NCBI GenBank assembly: GCA_934096945.1
Contig: CAKOND010000002.1
Coordinates: forward strand, 45,975 to 109,974
Direction of reading: 5' to 3'
Length of the DNA stretch: 64,000 nucleotides
DNA from: an uncultured Bacilli bacterium
GTDB taxonomy: Bacteria > Bacillota_I > Bacilli_A > RF39 > UBA660
Made by a program: the position numbers and the translations under genes. Below the pieces are notes generated by a model. It was not told where the DNA came from. It did no database searches and worked only from the letters and a program-made list of their open reading frames with translations. Numbering within the stretch: the stretch's first letter is position 1; each line of letters begins with the position of its first letter. Shown here piece after piece: positions 47,663 to 57,106 of this stretch.

Positions 47663-47758
47663 TTTTATCACCTTAATTAATTATACCTTAATTTATAAAA
47701 ATATTCAAATGATTTTTTGAAAAATTGGCCATAATAAAAAGCCATAACGGCTTTTAAA

Positions 47759-48319
47759 TTATTTATATCCTTTTTCCTTATAATAGTTATATAACTCTTC
47801 AAAACGATTAAAGTGAATAATTTCTCTTTGACGTAAGAATAAAAGAGGTTCAATAACTTTTGGATCTGTTGCTAAATCAATTAAATGCTCATAAGCAACT
47901 CTGGCTTTTTGTTCTGCTGCCATGTCTTCAACTAAATCAGCAAGTGGGTTACCAGTAACTGCAAATGTTGATGCATCAAAAGCAACACCATCAGCACTCA
48001 TTGGGAATACTCCTTTGCCATGTTCAGTATAGAAACTTTCAAGTCCAGCTTCTTTGATTTCTTCAATCGTAGCATTTTCCATAAGTTGTGAAACAATTGT
48101 TGCAACCATCTCTAAATGACCAATTTCTTCAGTAGCGATATCGTTTAAAAGTGCTCTTCCTTTTTCATCTGGCATTGTAAATTTTTGATGAAAATATCTT
48201 AGAGTCGCTCCAAGTTCTCCAGCATATCCCCCAACTTGTGTAATGATTAATTTTGCCATTTTTAAATCTTTTTTTGTGACACTAATTGGATAAGATAAAT
48301 GCTTTACATATTTAAACAT
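47759..48319 (-). CDS. cotJC: manganese-catalase-family spore coat protein CotJC
   Basis: YAGELGATLRYF...EEIGHLEM. The start overlaps the upstream stop. Confidence 0.9.
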   Translation of the reverse strand: MFKYVKHLSYPISVTKKDLKMAKLIITQVGGYAGELGATLRYFHQKFTMPDEKGRALLNDIATEEIGHLEMVATIVSQLMENATIEEIKEAGLESFYTEHGKGVFPMSADGVAFDASTFAVTGNPLADLVEDMAAEQKARVAYEHLIDLATDPKVIEPLLFLRQREIIHFNRFEELYNYYKEKGYK

Positions 48320-48746
48320 ATTTAGTACCTCCGGTATCTTCCCATGGCCATGGGTTATTAATCCATTCAAATTTGTTTATAGATTCGTTATCCACAACTT
48401 CTAGTGGACCATAACACTTGACATATTCCATTTCTTTTTCACATGATTTTTCTGTAAGTTCTTTAAATTTTTTTAACATTTGTGTATCTTCTGGATGTAA
48501 ATCTAAGTAAATATTTAAATCATTAATTGCAAAAGATAATGCCATAATTTCTAAAAGTAATTCTTCTTTCTTATTTTTAGCTACTATTTTAGCTGGTTTA
48601 TAATCTTTATATGGAACATATTCGTCTTGAAACATGTTTCCTTTAGTAAAACCAGTAGGCACACTTGTAAGCATATTAGTTTTATCAATCTTTACTTCTT
48701 TAGGTATTGTAAATCCAAAGAAACCTAAATTGTCATCAAATAACAT
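48312..48746 (-). CDS. fused CotJA-CotJB spore coat protein
   Basis: The N-terminal half (GFTKGNMFQDEYVPYKDY) is CotJA-like. The C-terminal half (LEIMALSFAINDLNIYLDLHPED...YGPL....W.W..PWPWE) is CotJB-like. Confidence 0.7.
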   Translation of the reverse strand: MLFDDNLGFFGFTIPKEVKIDKTNMLTSVPTGFTKGNMFQDEYVPYKDYKPAKIVAKNKKEELLLEIMALSFAINDLNIYLDLHPEDTQMLKKFKELTEKSCEKEMEYVKCYGPLEVVDNESINKFEWINNPWPWEDTGGTKYV

Positions 48747-48907
48747 AATTTTTCCTCCCTAATTTATAGTATGTTTTGCCTAAAATATGTATTGGGTAAA
48801 ATACTTAGGGTATAATAAATTATATAAAGTTGGAAAAATTTATTATTAGGTAATTGACTTTAATTGCATTTTATTTTAAAATTATTATTAGGATAGGTTA
48901 GAGGCAT

Positions 48908-50878
48908 ATGGATAAATTACGCGTTAAAATAAAAAAAATCCTGAATAAAGATGTAACAAATCTTTTAAATAAATATAAAGTCCTACTTGTAAGCGTTGCT
49001 ATAGTAGTAATTTTGGCATGTGTGGGATTAATAGTTTCATATGCATTCTATCAAGTTATTGATACTACCCCAGTAATTCTAAGTACAACACCTCAAATAC
49101 CAGATTTAGATGTAAGAATTATGGCTGAAGATCGAGATACCAATGGAAATGGTGTTAATAGTTATTCAGTTTACCCTTATATTCCTAGAGCTGGTTATAA
49201 GTATGATGCAAGTATGAGTTATTGTACAAATGGGGCATCTATAACATATAATGCAGATACTTTTGATGCTAGTATTGATGCTACTGGACACGATGTTTGT
49301 TATTTGTATTTTAAATCTACTGCAAGTTTGGATATTACTTTAGAAGTTTATGCTGAAAATGTTGATAGTGATGGAATAGGCAATGGAGTTTATACAAAAC
49401 TTGAAACAACTGCTCTTCCTTCTGTGGGTTATGAATTTAATAGTGGTAAATCTTATTGTGTTTATGCAGATGATTTGAATACACAAGTAAGTGATACAAC
49501 TGTAACCTATAATTCTGAAAAACAAAACTTTACTGTAAATACTAGTAAAAAAGGAGCAATATGTAAAGCTTATATGGATGCTATGGATGTGGATATTGCC
49601 TTAAAAATATACGTTCAATCTAAAAAAGGATCTTCTTCGTATTTTGAAGTAGATAAAATACCTGCTAATACATTTTATGAAATTGGGGCAAAATCTGCAT
49701 GTACTGGTACTTCAACAATGACTATGAAAAATCAAAAAGTTATAATTGCAGCAACTAATAGAACTAATTGTGTTGCATATTTAGATGTTGGTTCTGGTCC
49801 AATTCTTGAAAGTATGCAAAACAGTGTTAATGGTCAAAATGTAACAATAACACTTACAAATAGCAATATTGGAGTGACACCACAAACATATTATTATTCA
49901 AAAGATAATGGCGTAACGTATGTGACTAGTACACAAAATAGTTATACTTTTACCAATTTAACTCCACTTACAGATTTTACTTTTAAAGCTTATTCTGTGG
50001 ATGCTGCAGGAAATACATCTGGTATTTTAACAACAACAGCAACAACTGATTATGTATTAAATAAACCATTTGCTTACTCCAATGCTGTTCAATCATTTAC
50101 TACAAAAGTTGACGGATATTATAAGATGCAAGTTTGGGGTGCACAGGGTGGTAGTTATTCTTCTTATAATGGTGGTGCTGGTGGTTATAGTGAAGGAGTT
50201 GTTTATTTAACTGCTGGAACTAATTTATATGTATATGTAGGTGGTCAACCAACATCGACTTCGTCCACATCAGCTGCAATAACGGGTGGTTTTAATGGTG
50301 GTGGTCAAGCAAGAGTTCACTCTTATTCTGGTACAACTTCTTATTCTCAAGCAGGTGGAGGTGCGTCTGACTTTAGAATTGGTACAGACTCATTATATGC
50401 TCGAGTTATTGTTGCCGGAGGTGGTGGTGGTTCTTCAAGTATAGATGCCTTAACTACAAAATATGGTGGAGGTTCATCAGGTGGTTCTCCAAGTTCGGCA
50501 TTTGCTGCATCACAAACTGCCGGTGGAACCAATGGTACATTTGGGACAGGCGCTAATGGATATATTAGTGGTTATAATTATAAATATGCTTCTGGTGGTG
50601 GAGGCGGTGGCTGGTATGGCGGCGGTGCTGTAAATGCTCAATCCGATACCGCTACAGATTATCTTAATCAAAATGGTGGAGGTTCTGGATATGTTTATAC
50701 GTCAAGTACTGCGGCAAATTATCCATCAGGTTGTTTATTAAATAGTTCATATTATTTAATTAATGCTTCAACTATTGCTGGTAATACATCATTTCCATCA
50801 CCAACTGGTGGTACTGAAACTGGACATACTGGAAATGGGTATGCTTATCTAACATACGTAGGAAGGGAATTAAGCTAA
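48908..50878 (+). CDS. membrane-anchored surface protein: three Cys-pair modules, FN3-like module, C-terminal glycine-rich domain
   Basis: TM segment near aa 25-45; repeated ..GY.....S.C.......C..Y. modules; YYYSKDNGVTYVTSTQNSYTFTNL; WGAQGG...GGAGGY..G....AGT.LYVYVGG and GGGGGW tracts. Confidence 0.75.
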   Translation: MDKLRVKIKKILNKDVTNLLNKYKVLLVSVAIVVILACVGLIVSYAFYQVIDTTPVILSTTPQIPDLDVRIMAEDRDTNGNGVNSYSVYPYIPRAGYKYDASMSYCTNGASITYNADTFDASIDATGHDVCYLYFKSTASLDITLEVYAENVDSDGIGNGVYTKLETTALPSVGYEFNSGKSYCVYADDLNTQVSDTTVTYNSEKQNFTVNTSKKGAICKAYMDAMDVDIALKIYVQSKKGSSSYFEVDKIPANTFYEIGAKSACTGTSTMTMKNQKVIIAATNRTNCVAYLDVGSGPILESMQNSVNGQNVTITLTNSNIGVTPQTYYYSKDNGVTYVTSTQNSYTFTNLTPLTDFTFKAYSVDAAGNTSGILTTTATTDYVLNKPFAYSNAVQSFTTKVDGYYKMQVWGAQGGSYSSYNGGAGGYSEGVVYLTAGTNLYVYVGGQPTSTSSTSAAITGGFNGGGQARVHSYSGTTSYSQAGGGASDFRIGTDSLYARVIVAGGGGGSSSIDALTTKYGGGSSGGSPSSAFAASQTAGGTNGTFGTGANGYISGYNYKYASGGGGGGWYGGGAVNAQSDTATDYLNQNGGGSGYVYTSSTAANYPSGCLLNSSYYLINASTIAGNTSFPSPTGGTETGHTGNGYAYLTYVGRELS

Positions 50879-51144
50879 TGAATTGTAATAGATGTGGAAA
50901 ACCACTTCCGAATGGTGGAATGGTTTGTAAATTTTGTGGAGCCTTAATTGATCAAAATCAATTGAATTTTCAAAAGAAAATGAAAGATAAAAATGATGAG
51001 AGAATTGTACTTTTAAGTGAAAAATATGGACATAGCAATAATATTGAATATCGAGAAGAAAAAGAAAATAAAATTCTTGGTTTAATAATTATTTCTGTAG
51101 TTGTTGTATTTTTAATAATTTTGACCATATTAATAAATATGTAA
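50878..51144 (+). CDS. zinc-ribbon protein with C-terminal TM anchor
   Basis: CNRCG...CKFCG; ATGA overlap with the upstream gene. Confidence 0.65.
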   Translation: MNCNRCGKPLPNGGMVCKFCGALIDQNQLNFQKKMKDKNDERIVLLSEKYGHSNNIEYREEKENKILGLIIISVVVVFLIILTILINM

Positions 51145-51156
51145 GGATGTGTTAAT

Positions 51157-51669
51157 ATGTTAATACTTTGTTTAAAAATATTTTTTGCAAGAATTATGGA
51201 TGTCACATTAGGTACAATTAGAACTGTACTTGTTGTAAGAGGTCGAAGATTTACTCCGGCCTTTATTGCTTTTTTTGAAGTTCTCATTTGGTTTTTAATT
51301 GCTAGAGAAGCTTTAACTACGGATGTTAAGTCGATTTTAATTCCTATTTGTTATGCTGGTGGTTATGCAACAGGTACTTATATTGGAGGGTTTATTTCTA
51401 ATAATTTTGTAGAAGGTTTGATTGGTGTGCAAGTAACTACTAAAAGTGATGGCGTTAAAAAAATGATTGAAGAAATAAGAAAAGCTGGTTTTGGTGTTTC
51501 AGCAATTGATTTAAAAAATCCTCAAGATAATGAGGATAAAACGATGCTAATGATACAACTTAATAAGTCTAAATTAAAGACACTTACTCACATTGTTAGA
51601 AGTAATGATCCGGATGCATTTTTGGTTATAAATGATACAAAGTATGTGCAAAATGGAATTATAAAATAA
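51157..51669 (+). CDS. UPF0316/DUF2179 membrane protein
   Basis: IFFARIMDVTLGTIRT motif. Confidence 0.8.
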   Translation: MLILCLKIFFARIMDVTLGTIRTVLVVRGRRFTPAFIAFFEVLIWFLIAREALTTDVKSILIPICYAGGYATGTYIGGFISNNFVEGLIGVQVTTKSDGVKKMIEEIRKAGFGVSAIDLKNPQDNEDKTMLMIQLNKSKLKTLTHIVRSNDPDAFLVINDTKYVQNGIIK

Positions 51670-51698
51670 AAAGCTCACGAATGAGCTTTTGTTTTTTT
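51669..51698. terminator. terminator hairpin
   Basis: aaagctca-cgaa-tgagcttt followed by a T-run. Confidence 0.7.
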
Positions 51699-51700
51699 AT

Positions 51701-51787
51701 TGGTGCCTGTATCCAGACTTGAACTGGAACTCCACTAGTGAAAATAGATTTTGAGTCTATCGCGTCTACCAATTCCGCCATACAGGC
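51701..51787 (-). tRNA. tRNA-Leu(CAA)
   Basis: Anticodon loop CTCAAAA, long variable arm, CCA encoded. Confidence 0.9.
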
Positions 51788-51887
51788 AAGCACAAGTTAA
51801 TTATAGCACATTTTTATAATTTATGGTAGTAAAATTGTGTAATTTGTTAAAAACGTAAAGTAAATGTAAATTTATAAGTAAGATAAA

Positions 51888-51915
51888 TGACATGTTTTGT
51901 CGAATGTGTTTAAAT
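51888..51915 (+). promoter_or_regulatory. spoIIA-operon promoter-like module with Spo0A box TGTCGAA (51898..51904)
   Basis: tgacatgttttgtcgaatgtgtttaaat lies 44 nt upstream of the spoIIAA ATG. It is a 26/28 copy of 12817..12844. Confidence 0.5.
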
Positions 51916-51958
51916 CTTTTAAATTATACTCTAAACTAATATGTAAGGAGAGAGAGAA

Positions 51959-52294
51959 ATGTTTAAGTTAGAGCTGGAGTATAAAAATGAGATATTATTT
52001 GCAAGACTTAAAGGAATATTAGATAGAAAAGCAAGCTATAAAATTAATAATTATTTAAATCCAGTTATTAAGAAACATGAAATTAAAAATTTAGTATATA
52101 ATTTTGAAAAATTAGAGATGGTTGATAATTCAGGAATAGAAGCTCTCATTAATAGTAAATATTATATTAAATGTAATAAAGGTGATATTAAAGTATGTGG
52201 TGTTAGTAATGCTAATTTGTATTTGTGTAAGTATTTGAAGTTTCCAGTTGTAAAAACAGAAGTGGATGCTTATAGAGAAATGGAGGCATTATAA
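51959..52294 (+). CDS. spoIIAA: anti-sigma-F factor antagonist SpoIIAA (STAS)
   Basis: STAS fold pattern with the phosphorylatable Ser in MVDNSGIEAL. Confidence 0.85.
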   Translation: MFKLELEYKNEILFARLKGILDRKASYKINNYLNPVIKKHEIKNLVYNFEKLEMVDNSGIEALINSKYYIKCNKGDIKVCGVSNANLYLCKYLKFPVVKTEVDAYREMEAL

Positions 52295-52939
52295 ATGTTA
52301 GAAGAATTAATTAAATCTAGTACTGGTCTTATTTGGACAATGGCTAAGCGTTTTTATGGTGTAGATAAAAATGATCTGTATCAAGCTGGTGTTCTTGGTG
52401 TCATTAAAGCTTATCAAAATTATGTAGATGATGGAAAAAGTAAATTTAGTACTTATGCTTATAATTATATATTCGGAGAAATGTATAGTTTGGCAAATAA
52501 TAGAGAAATTAAATTAAATAAAGATATAAATAGATTACTTAAAATGATAGAAATGGGAAGAACTAGACTTTCTCAAGAAATAATGAGAATGCCATCAAAT
52601 AATGAACTTGCTGCATATCTTGAAATGGAAGAAGAAAAATTAGAACAAGTTTTAAGTTATGCAAATAGTTTTGTATCAATGGATGAAGTATGTGATGAAG
52701 AGAGAAGTTTACATGAAGTAATAGCGGAAGAAGAAAGCGTTAGTGTAGATGAAAGACTTGAACTTAAAAATAGTATAAACTCTTTAGATGCTATAGAAAA
52801 AGATATTATTAAAAGTCGTTATTATGAAGATTTAACTCAAAGTGAAACAGCTAGAAAATTAGGAATTACTCAAGTAATGGTATCAAGATATGAAAAAAGA
52901 AGTTTAACTAAAATGAGGGATTATATGTATAGTAGATAA
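52295..52939 (+). CDS. sigF: sporulation sigma factor, SigF by context
   Basis: Region 2 DLYQAGVLGVIKA..FSTYA...I.GE; region 4 LTQSETARKLGITQVMVSRYEKR. Flanked by spoIIAA and spoVAC. Confidence 0.8.
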   Translation: MLEELIKSSTGLIWTMAKRFYGVDKNDLYQAGVLGVIKAYQNYVDDGKSKFSTYAYNYIFGEMYSLANNREIKLNKDINRLLKMIEMGRTRLSQEIMRMPSNNELAAYLEMEEEKLEQVLSYANSFVSMDEVCDEERSLHEVIAEEESVSVDERLELKNSINSLDAIEKDIIKSRYYEDLTQSETARKLGITQVMVSRYEKRSLTKMRDYMYSR

Positions 52940-52971
52940 AAATTCATTCATAATAGTAATGGTGAATATTT

Positions 52972-53409
52972 ATGAATAAAGAGGATTATAAGTTGCTTGT
53001 AAAAAAGCATGCTCCGAGGGAACCTAAATTAAGAAATTTTGGAGTGGCTTTTTTAGTGGGAGGATTAATTGGCCTTTTAGCAGAAGTAGTATCCATGATT
53101 TTGAAAAATTGTTTTGCTTTTTCAAGTGTAGAGGCAGGACTTATTGTGGCTCTCATCGTTATTGGTGTTGCATCACTTTTTACAGCTTTAGGCTTTTTTG
53201 ATAGCTGGGTAAGTAAATGTAAATGTGGTTTAATAATACCTACGACAGGTTTTGCTCATAGTGTTTCATCAAGTGCTCTTGAGTATAAAAGAGATGGTCT
53301 TATTACTGGTCTTGGTTCAAACTTTTTTAAACTTGCTGGTTCAGTAATTTTATATGGTATTATTTCAGCATTTCTTCTTGTGATTGTGAGGTTGGTTATA
53401 GGTGGCTAG
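52972..53409 (+). CDS. spoVAC: stage V sporulation protein AC
   Basis: Typical SpoVAC membrane protein sequence and gene order. Confidence 0.9.
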   Translation: MNKEDYKLLVKKHAPREPKLRNFGVAFLVGGLIGLLAEVVSMILKNCFAFSSVEAGLIVALIVIGVASLFTALGFFDSWVSKCKCGLIIPTTGFAHSVSSSALEYKRDGLITGLGSNFFKLAGSVILYGIISAFLLVIVRLVIGG

Positions 53410-54376
53410 TTTTAAATTTAAAAATGTTTATTTAAATGATTATTATACTGTAGTTGGACCACTTGAAAAAAATAGTCATTTAAGAAGGCTTGATTTAGTT
53501 ATGGATGATTATTATATTGGTGAAAAAACTTTTGAACAGGCAGAAGTTAAGATGCAACAACTTGTAATTGATAATTTAATTGGTAAAAATAATTTAGCAA
53601 TAAGTGATATTGATTTACTTGTGGGTGGTGATTTAACTAACCAGATTGCTATTAGTAATAATAGTGCTAAAAATTATAATATTCCATTTTTAGGTCTTTA
53701 TTCTGCTTGCGCAACATTTGCTGAAAGTTTGATTGTTGCATCTTGTATGATTGATAGTGGTAAACTAAAAAAAGCAATTAGTATTACAAGTAGTCATAAT
53801 TTAACTGCAGAAAGACAGTTTAGATATCCAGTTGAATATGGAGCTCCGAAACCACATACTGCAACATTTACAACAACTGGGGCAGTATCAACTCTTTTAA
53901 GTAAAAATTATAGTAAAATAAAACTTGAGAGTGCCACGATTGGGGTGCCTGTTGATTTAGGTGTGCTTGATGCTAATAATATGGGAGCAGCTATGGCACC
54001 TGCAGCAGCTTCAACTATTGCATCACACTTAGCTGCACTTAAAAGAGATGCAAATTATTATGATTTGATTTTAACTGGTGATTTAGGTTGTGTTGGGAGT
54101 GAAATACTTAAAGATTATTTAGAAACAGTCTATAATATAAAATTAAAAAAATATTTAGATGCTGGCTGTGAACTATACTTAGATAGTCAAAAAACGTATG
54201 CTGGGGGTAGTGGACCAGCTTGTTTACCTATAGTTTTATTTAATAAAATATTACTTAATAAAAAATATAAAAAAATATTAATAGTTGCAACTGGAGCTTT
54301 ACATAGTCCAACAACTGTTAATCAACATGGAACAATTCCTTCGATTGCTCATGCAGTAAGTTTGGAGGTGGAATAA
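53402..54376 (+). CDS. spoVAD: stage V sporulation protein AD
   Basis: Thiolase-like SpoVAD sequence; GTG start. Confidence 0.9.
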   Translation: MASFKFKNVYLNDYYTVVGPLEKNSHLRRLDLVMDDYYIGEKTFEQAEVKMQQLVIDNLIGKNNLAISDIDLLVGGDLTNQIAISNNSAKNYNIPFLGLYSACATFAESLIVASCMIDSGKLKKAISITSSHNLTAERQFRYPVEYGAPKPHTATFTTTGAVSTLLSKNYSKIKLESATIGVPVDLGVLDANNMGAAMAPAAASTIASHLAALKRDANYYDLILTGDLGCVGSEILKDYLETVYNIKLKKYLDAGCELYLDSQKTYAGGSGPACLPIVLFNKILLNKKYKKILIVATGALHSPTTVNQHGTIPSIAHAVSLEVE

Positions 54377-54726
54377 TGAACTATTTAATGGCATTCTTAT
54401 TTTCTGGGGCATTATGTGCAATTGCTCAAGTAATACTTGATAATACTAAACTTACACCTGGACATATTACAAGTATTTATACAGCGATGGGAGCTTTTCT
54501 ATCATTTCTTGGTTGTTATGATAAATTAATTGCTAAATTTGGGGCAGGCGCAACAGTTCTTATTTCTAATTTTGGACATTCTCTTTATAGTTCAGCTTGG
54601 CAAGGGTATTTAGAAGATGGTTTTTTAGGTATTTTTAGTAATATGCTTTGTAAATCATCGGGTGTTATAACTGGTGCAATTGTTATTGCATTTGTAGTTT
54701 CTATAATTTTTAAACCTAAGAATTAG
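54376..54726 (+). CDS. spoVAE: stage V sporulation protein AE (AEb)
   Basis: SpoVAEb-like membrane protein; ATGA overlap. Confidence 0.9.
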   Translation: MNYLMAFLFSGALCAIAQVILDNTKLTPGHITSIYTAMGAFLSFLGCYDKLIAKFGAGATVLISNFGHSLYSSAWQGYLEDGFLGIFSNMLCKSSGVITGAIVIAFVVSIIFKPKN

Positions 54727-54802
54727 CTATTTGTTTGCAAATAATTGATATAAAACATGTATAAAAAGTACGTGTTTTTTTTCGACAAAATTTGATAAAT
54801 TT

Positions 54803-54814
54803 AAACAATTGTTT
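54803..54814. promoter_or_regulatory. perfect palindrome AAACAATTGTTT upstream of the recA promoter, candidate divergent LexA box
   Basis: It has the 4-N4-4 geometry of GAAC-N4-GTTC with both outer G/C replaced. It lies 9 nt upstream of the -35. Confidence 0.35.
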
Positions 54815-54823
54815 GTTTTTATG

Positions 54824-54852
54824 TTGACATTTAATTAAAGATGGGTTACAAT
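54824..54852 (+). promoter_or_regulatory. recA sigma-A-type promoter
   Basis: TTGACA, a 17-nt spacer, then TACAAT. Confidence 0.6.
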
Positions 54853-54882
54853 TATGTTGTATCAGGGTATTAGGAGGAAAAA

Positions 54883-55926
54883 ATGAAAATAGCGAAAGAT
54901 GAAAAGAATAAAGATAAAGCGCTTGAACAAGTACTAGCAGATATTGAAAAACAATTTGGGGCAGGGGCTATTATGAAACTTGGAGATAATGAACACATGA
55001 ATGTCGACGTAACATCTAGTGGTTCAATTACAATTGATGTGGCTTTAGGTGTTGGGGGTTATCCAAAGGGAAGAATTATAGAAATATATGGTCCTGAATC
55101 AAGTGGTAAGACAACTGTTGCATTACAAGCAATTGCTGAGGTGCAAAAAAATGGTGGAAGAGCAGCATTTATTGATGCGGAACATGCACTTGACCCGGTT
55201 TATGCTAAAAATTTAGGTGTCAATATAAATGAACTTTTATTAAGTCAACCAGATACTGGTGAACAAGCCTTAGAAATATGTGATGCTTTAGTAAAAAGTG
55301 ATGCAGTTGATATTATAGTTATTGACTCTGTTGCGGCTTTAGTTCCTCAGGCAGAAATAGATGGTGAAATGGGTGACTCACATGTTGGTCTTCAAGCAAG
55401 GCTTATGTCACAAGCATTAAGAAAATTATCTGGAACAATGAATAAAACTAAAACAACTGCAATATTTATCAACCAATTAAGAGAAAAAGTTGGAGTTATG
55501 TTTGGTAATCCTGAAACTACACCTGGTGGAAGAGCACTTAAATTTTATTCTACTATAAGACTTGATGTTAGACGTGGAGAACAAATTAAAGTAGGAGACC
55601 AAATTGTTGGTAATAAAACAAATATTAAAGTAGTTAAAAATAAAGTTGCACCACCATTTAAAACTGCAACTGTAGATATTATGTATGGTGAAGGTATTTC
55701 TAAAGAAGGAGAAATTATTGATATTGCTAGTGATTTAGCTATCATAGATAAAAGTGGTGCATGGTATTCATATAATGGTGAAAAAATTGGTCAAGGTAAA
55801 GAAAATGTTAAGATATTCTTAAAAGAAAATCCAACACTTAGAGATGAACTTGAACAAAAAATAAGAGAACACTATGGATTTATCGAAAAGAAAAAAGAAA
55901 AAAAGGAAAAAGATTCAGAAAAATAA
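54883..55926 (+). CDS. recA: recombinase RecA
   Basis: GPESSGKTT and the canonical RecA sequence throughout. Confidence 0.97.
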   Translation: MKIAKDEKNKDKALEQVLADIEKQFGAGAIMKLGDNEHMNVDVTSSGSITIDVALGVGGYPKGRIIEIYGPESSGKTTVALQAIAEVQKNGGRAAFIDAEHALDPVYAKNLGVNINELLLSQPDTGEQALEICDALVKSDAVDIIVIDSVAALVPQAEIDGEMGDSHVGLQARLMSQALRKLSGTMNKTKTTAIFINQLREKVGVMFGNPETTPGGRALKFYSTIRLDVRRGEQIKVGDQIVGNKTNIKVVKNKVAPPFKTATVDIMYGEGISKEGEIIDIASDLAIIDKSGAWYSYNGEKIGQGKENVKIFLKENPTLRDELEQKIREHYGFIEKKKEKKEKDSEK

Positions 55927-55998
55927 ACTGAATTTTTTTCATAATAACTAAATTGTATAAACAAAATATAAATATTGGCAAAGAAAGGATTAATAAAA

Positions 55999-56904
55999 AT
56001 GAATTATTATGATGAAATAAATAATTATGTTAAAAAAGCTGAAATAGGAAAATCAATAAGGGAGTCAAATGCAAATAGAGAACTTGTAGAGTGCTATTGG
56101 AATGTAGGGAGATTAATAGTTGAAGCCCAAGGTGGAAAAGAAAAAGCAAAGTATGGTAACTCTTTATTGAAAAAATGGGCAGAAAAATTAACCAAAGAAT
56201 ATGGTAAGGGTTATACGTATGCAAATTTAGCGCGATTTCGGCAATTTTATTTGTGTTTTCCAATATTCGCCCCAGTGGGACGAATATTAACCTGGACCAC
56301 AATTAGGACAATTTTACCTATTAAAAATGAAAATAAAAGAAATTATTATATTAACCTTTATATAGAAAATAATTTGTCAAAAAGAGAACTAGAACGGGAA
56401 ATAAAAAATAACTCATACGAAAGATTAGAAAACAAACCTGATAAAATTGATATTGTTGTTCCAGCAAGTGTACCAAATATAACTAGTAATCTTAAAAATC
56501 CAATATTACTTAATTTAAATGGCAAAGAGATAAAATCTGAAAGTGACTTAGAAAAACTAATATATTCACAACTTAATTATGTATTTTTACAACTAGGTAA
56601 CGGGTTTATGTGGGTAGGTAATCAATATAAAATAAGTGATGGTAATAAAAATTATTTTATTGATATGTTACTTTATAATATTAAATATAATTGTTATGTG
56701 GTTGTAGAAATAAAATGTAGAAACTTGAAAAAAGAAGATAAAGGTCAAGTTGAATTTTATATGAATTTGATGGATAAATATGTGAAAGAACCAATTAACA
56801 ATCCCACTATTGGAATAATAATTACAAAAGAACAAGATAGATTGGTAGCTAGTTTTATTAAAAGCGATAAACTTGTACCACTTACATATGAATTAGTTAA
56901 ATAG
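55999..56904 (+). CDS. DUF1016/YhcG-family PD-(D/E)XK nuclease-domain protein
   Basis: YWNVGRLIVE...L.RFRQFY at the N-terminus; C-terminal ..IDMLLYN....YVVVEIK core. Confidence 0.75.
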   Translation: MNYYDEINNYVKKAEIGKSIRESNANRELVECYWNVGRLIVEAQGGKEKAKYGNSLLKKWAEKLTKEYGKGYTYANLARFRQFYLCFPIFAPVGRILTWTTIRTILPIKNENKRNYYINLYIENNLSKRELEREIKNNSYERLENKPDKIDIVVPASVPNITSNLKNPILLNLNGKEIKSESDLEKLIYSQLNYVFLQLGNGFMWVGNQYKISDGNKNYFIDMLLYNIKYNCYVVVEIKCRNLKKEDKGQVEFYMNLMDKYVKEPINNPTIGIIITKEQDRLVASFIKSDKLVPLTYELVK

Positions 56905-57029
56905 ATTTAAAATTTATGTTTTTGAAAATGATTTAAAAAAATTACCTTACTTTCTCAAATTGTGCTCCACTGGAGCTCAATTTAACATTGACATTTTTAT
57001 CAGTTTTTATAATAACATTTATAACTTTT

Positions 57030-57060
57030 CAAATAGGTGCCGCAGTGCGGCACCTATTTG
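57030..57060. repeat. GC-rich perfect hairpin (14-bp stem), terminator-like but without a clear U-tract
   Basis: caaataggtgccgc-agt-gcggcacctatttg between convergent genes. Confidence 0.5.
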
Positions 57061-57106
57061 AAGCGTACTGATTAAAAAAAATAATCATGAATAAAAAAAG
57101 CGGAAA

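Noticed and set aside
50100-50700. Elevated G+C in the 3' part of the 656-aa surface-protein gene as possible horizontal transfer.
   Set aside because: The rise is explained by runs of GGT/GGA/GGC glycine codons in a Gly-rich domain. The other codons remain AT-biased, unlike the tract at 23420-23685.
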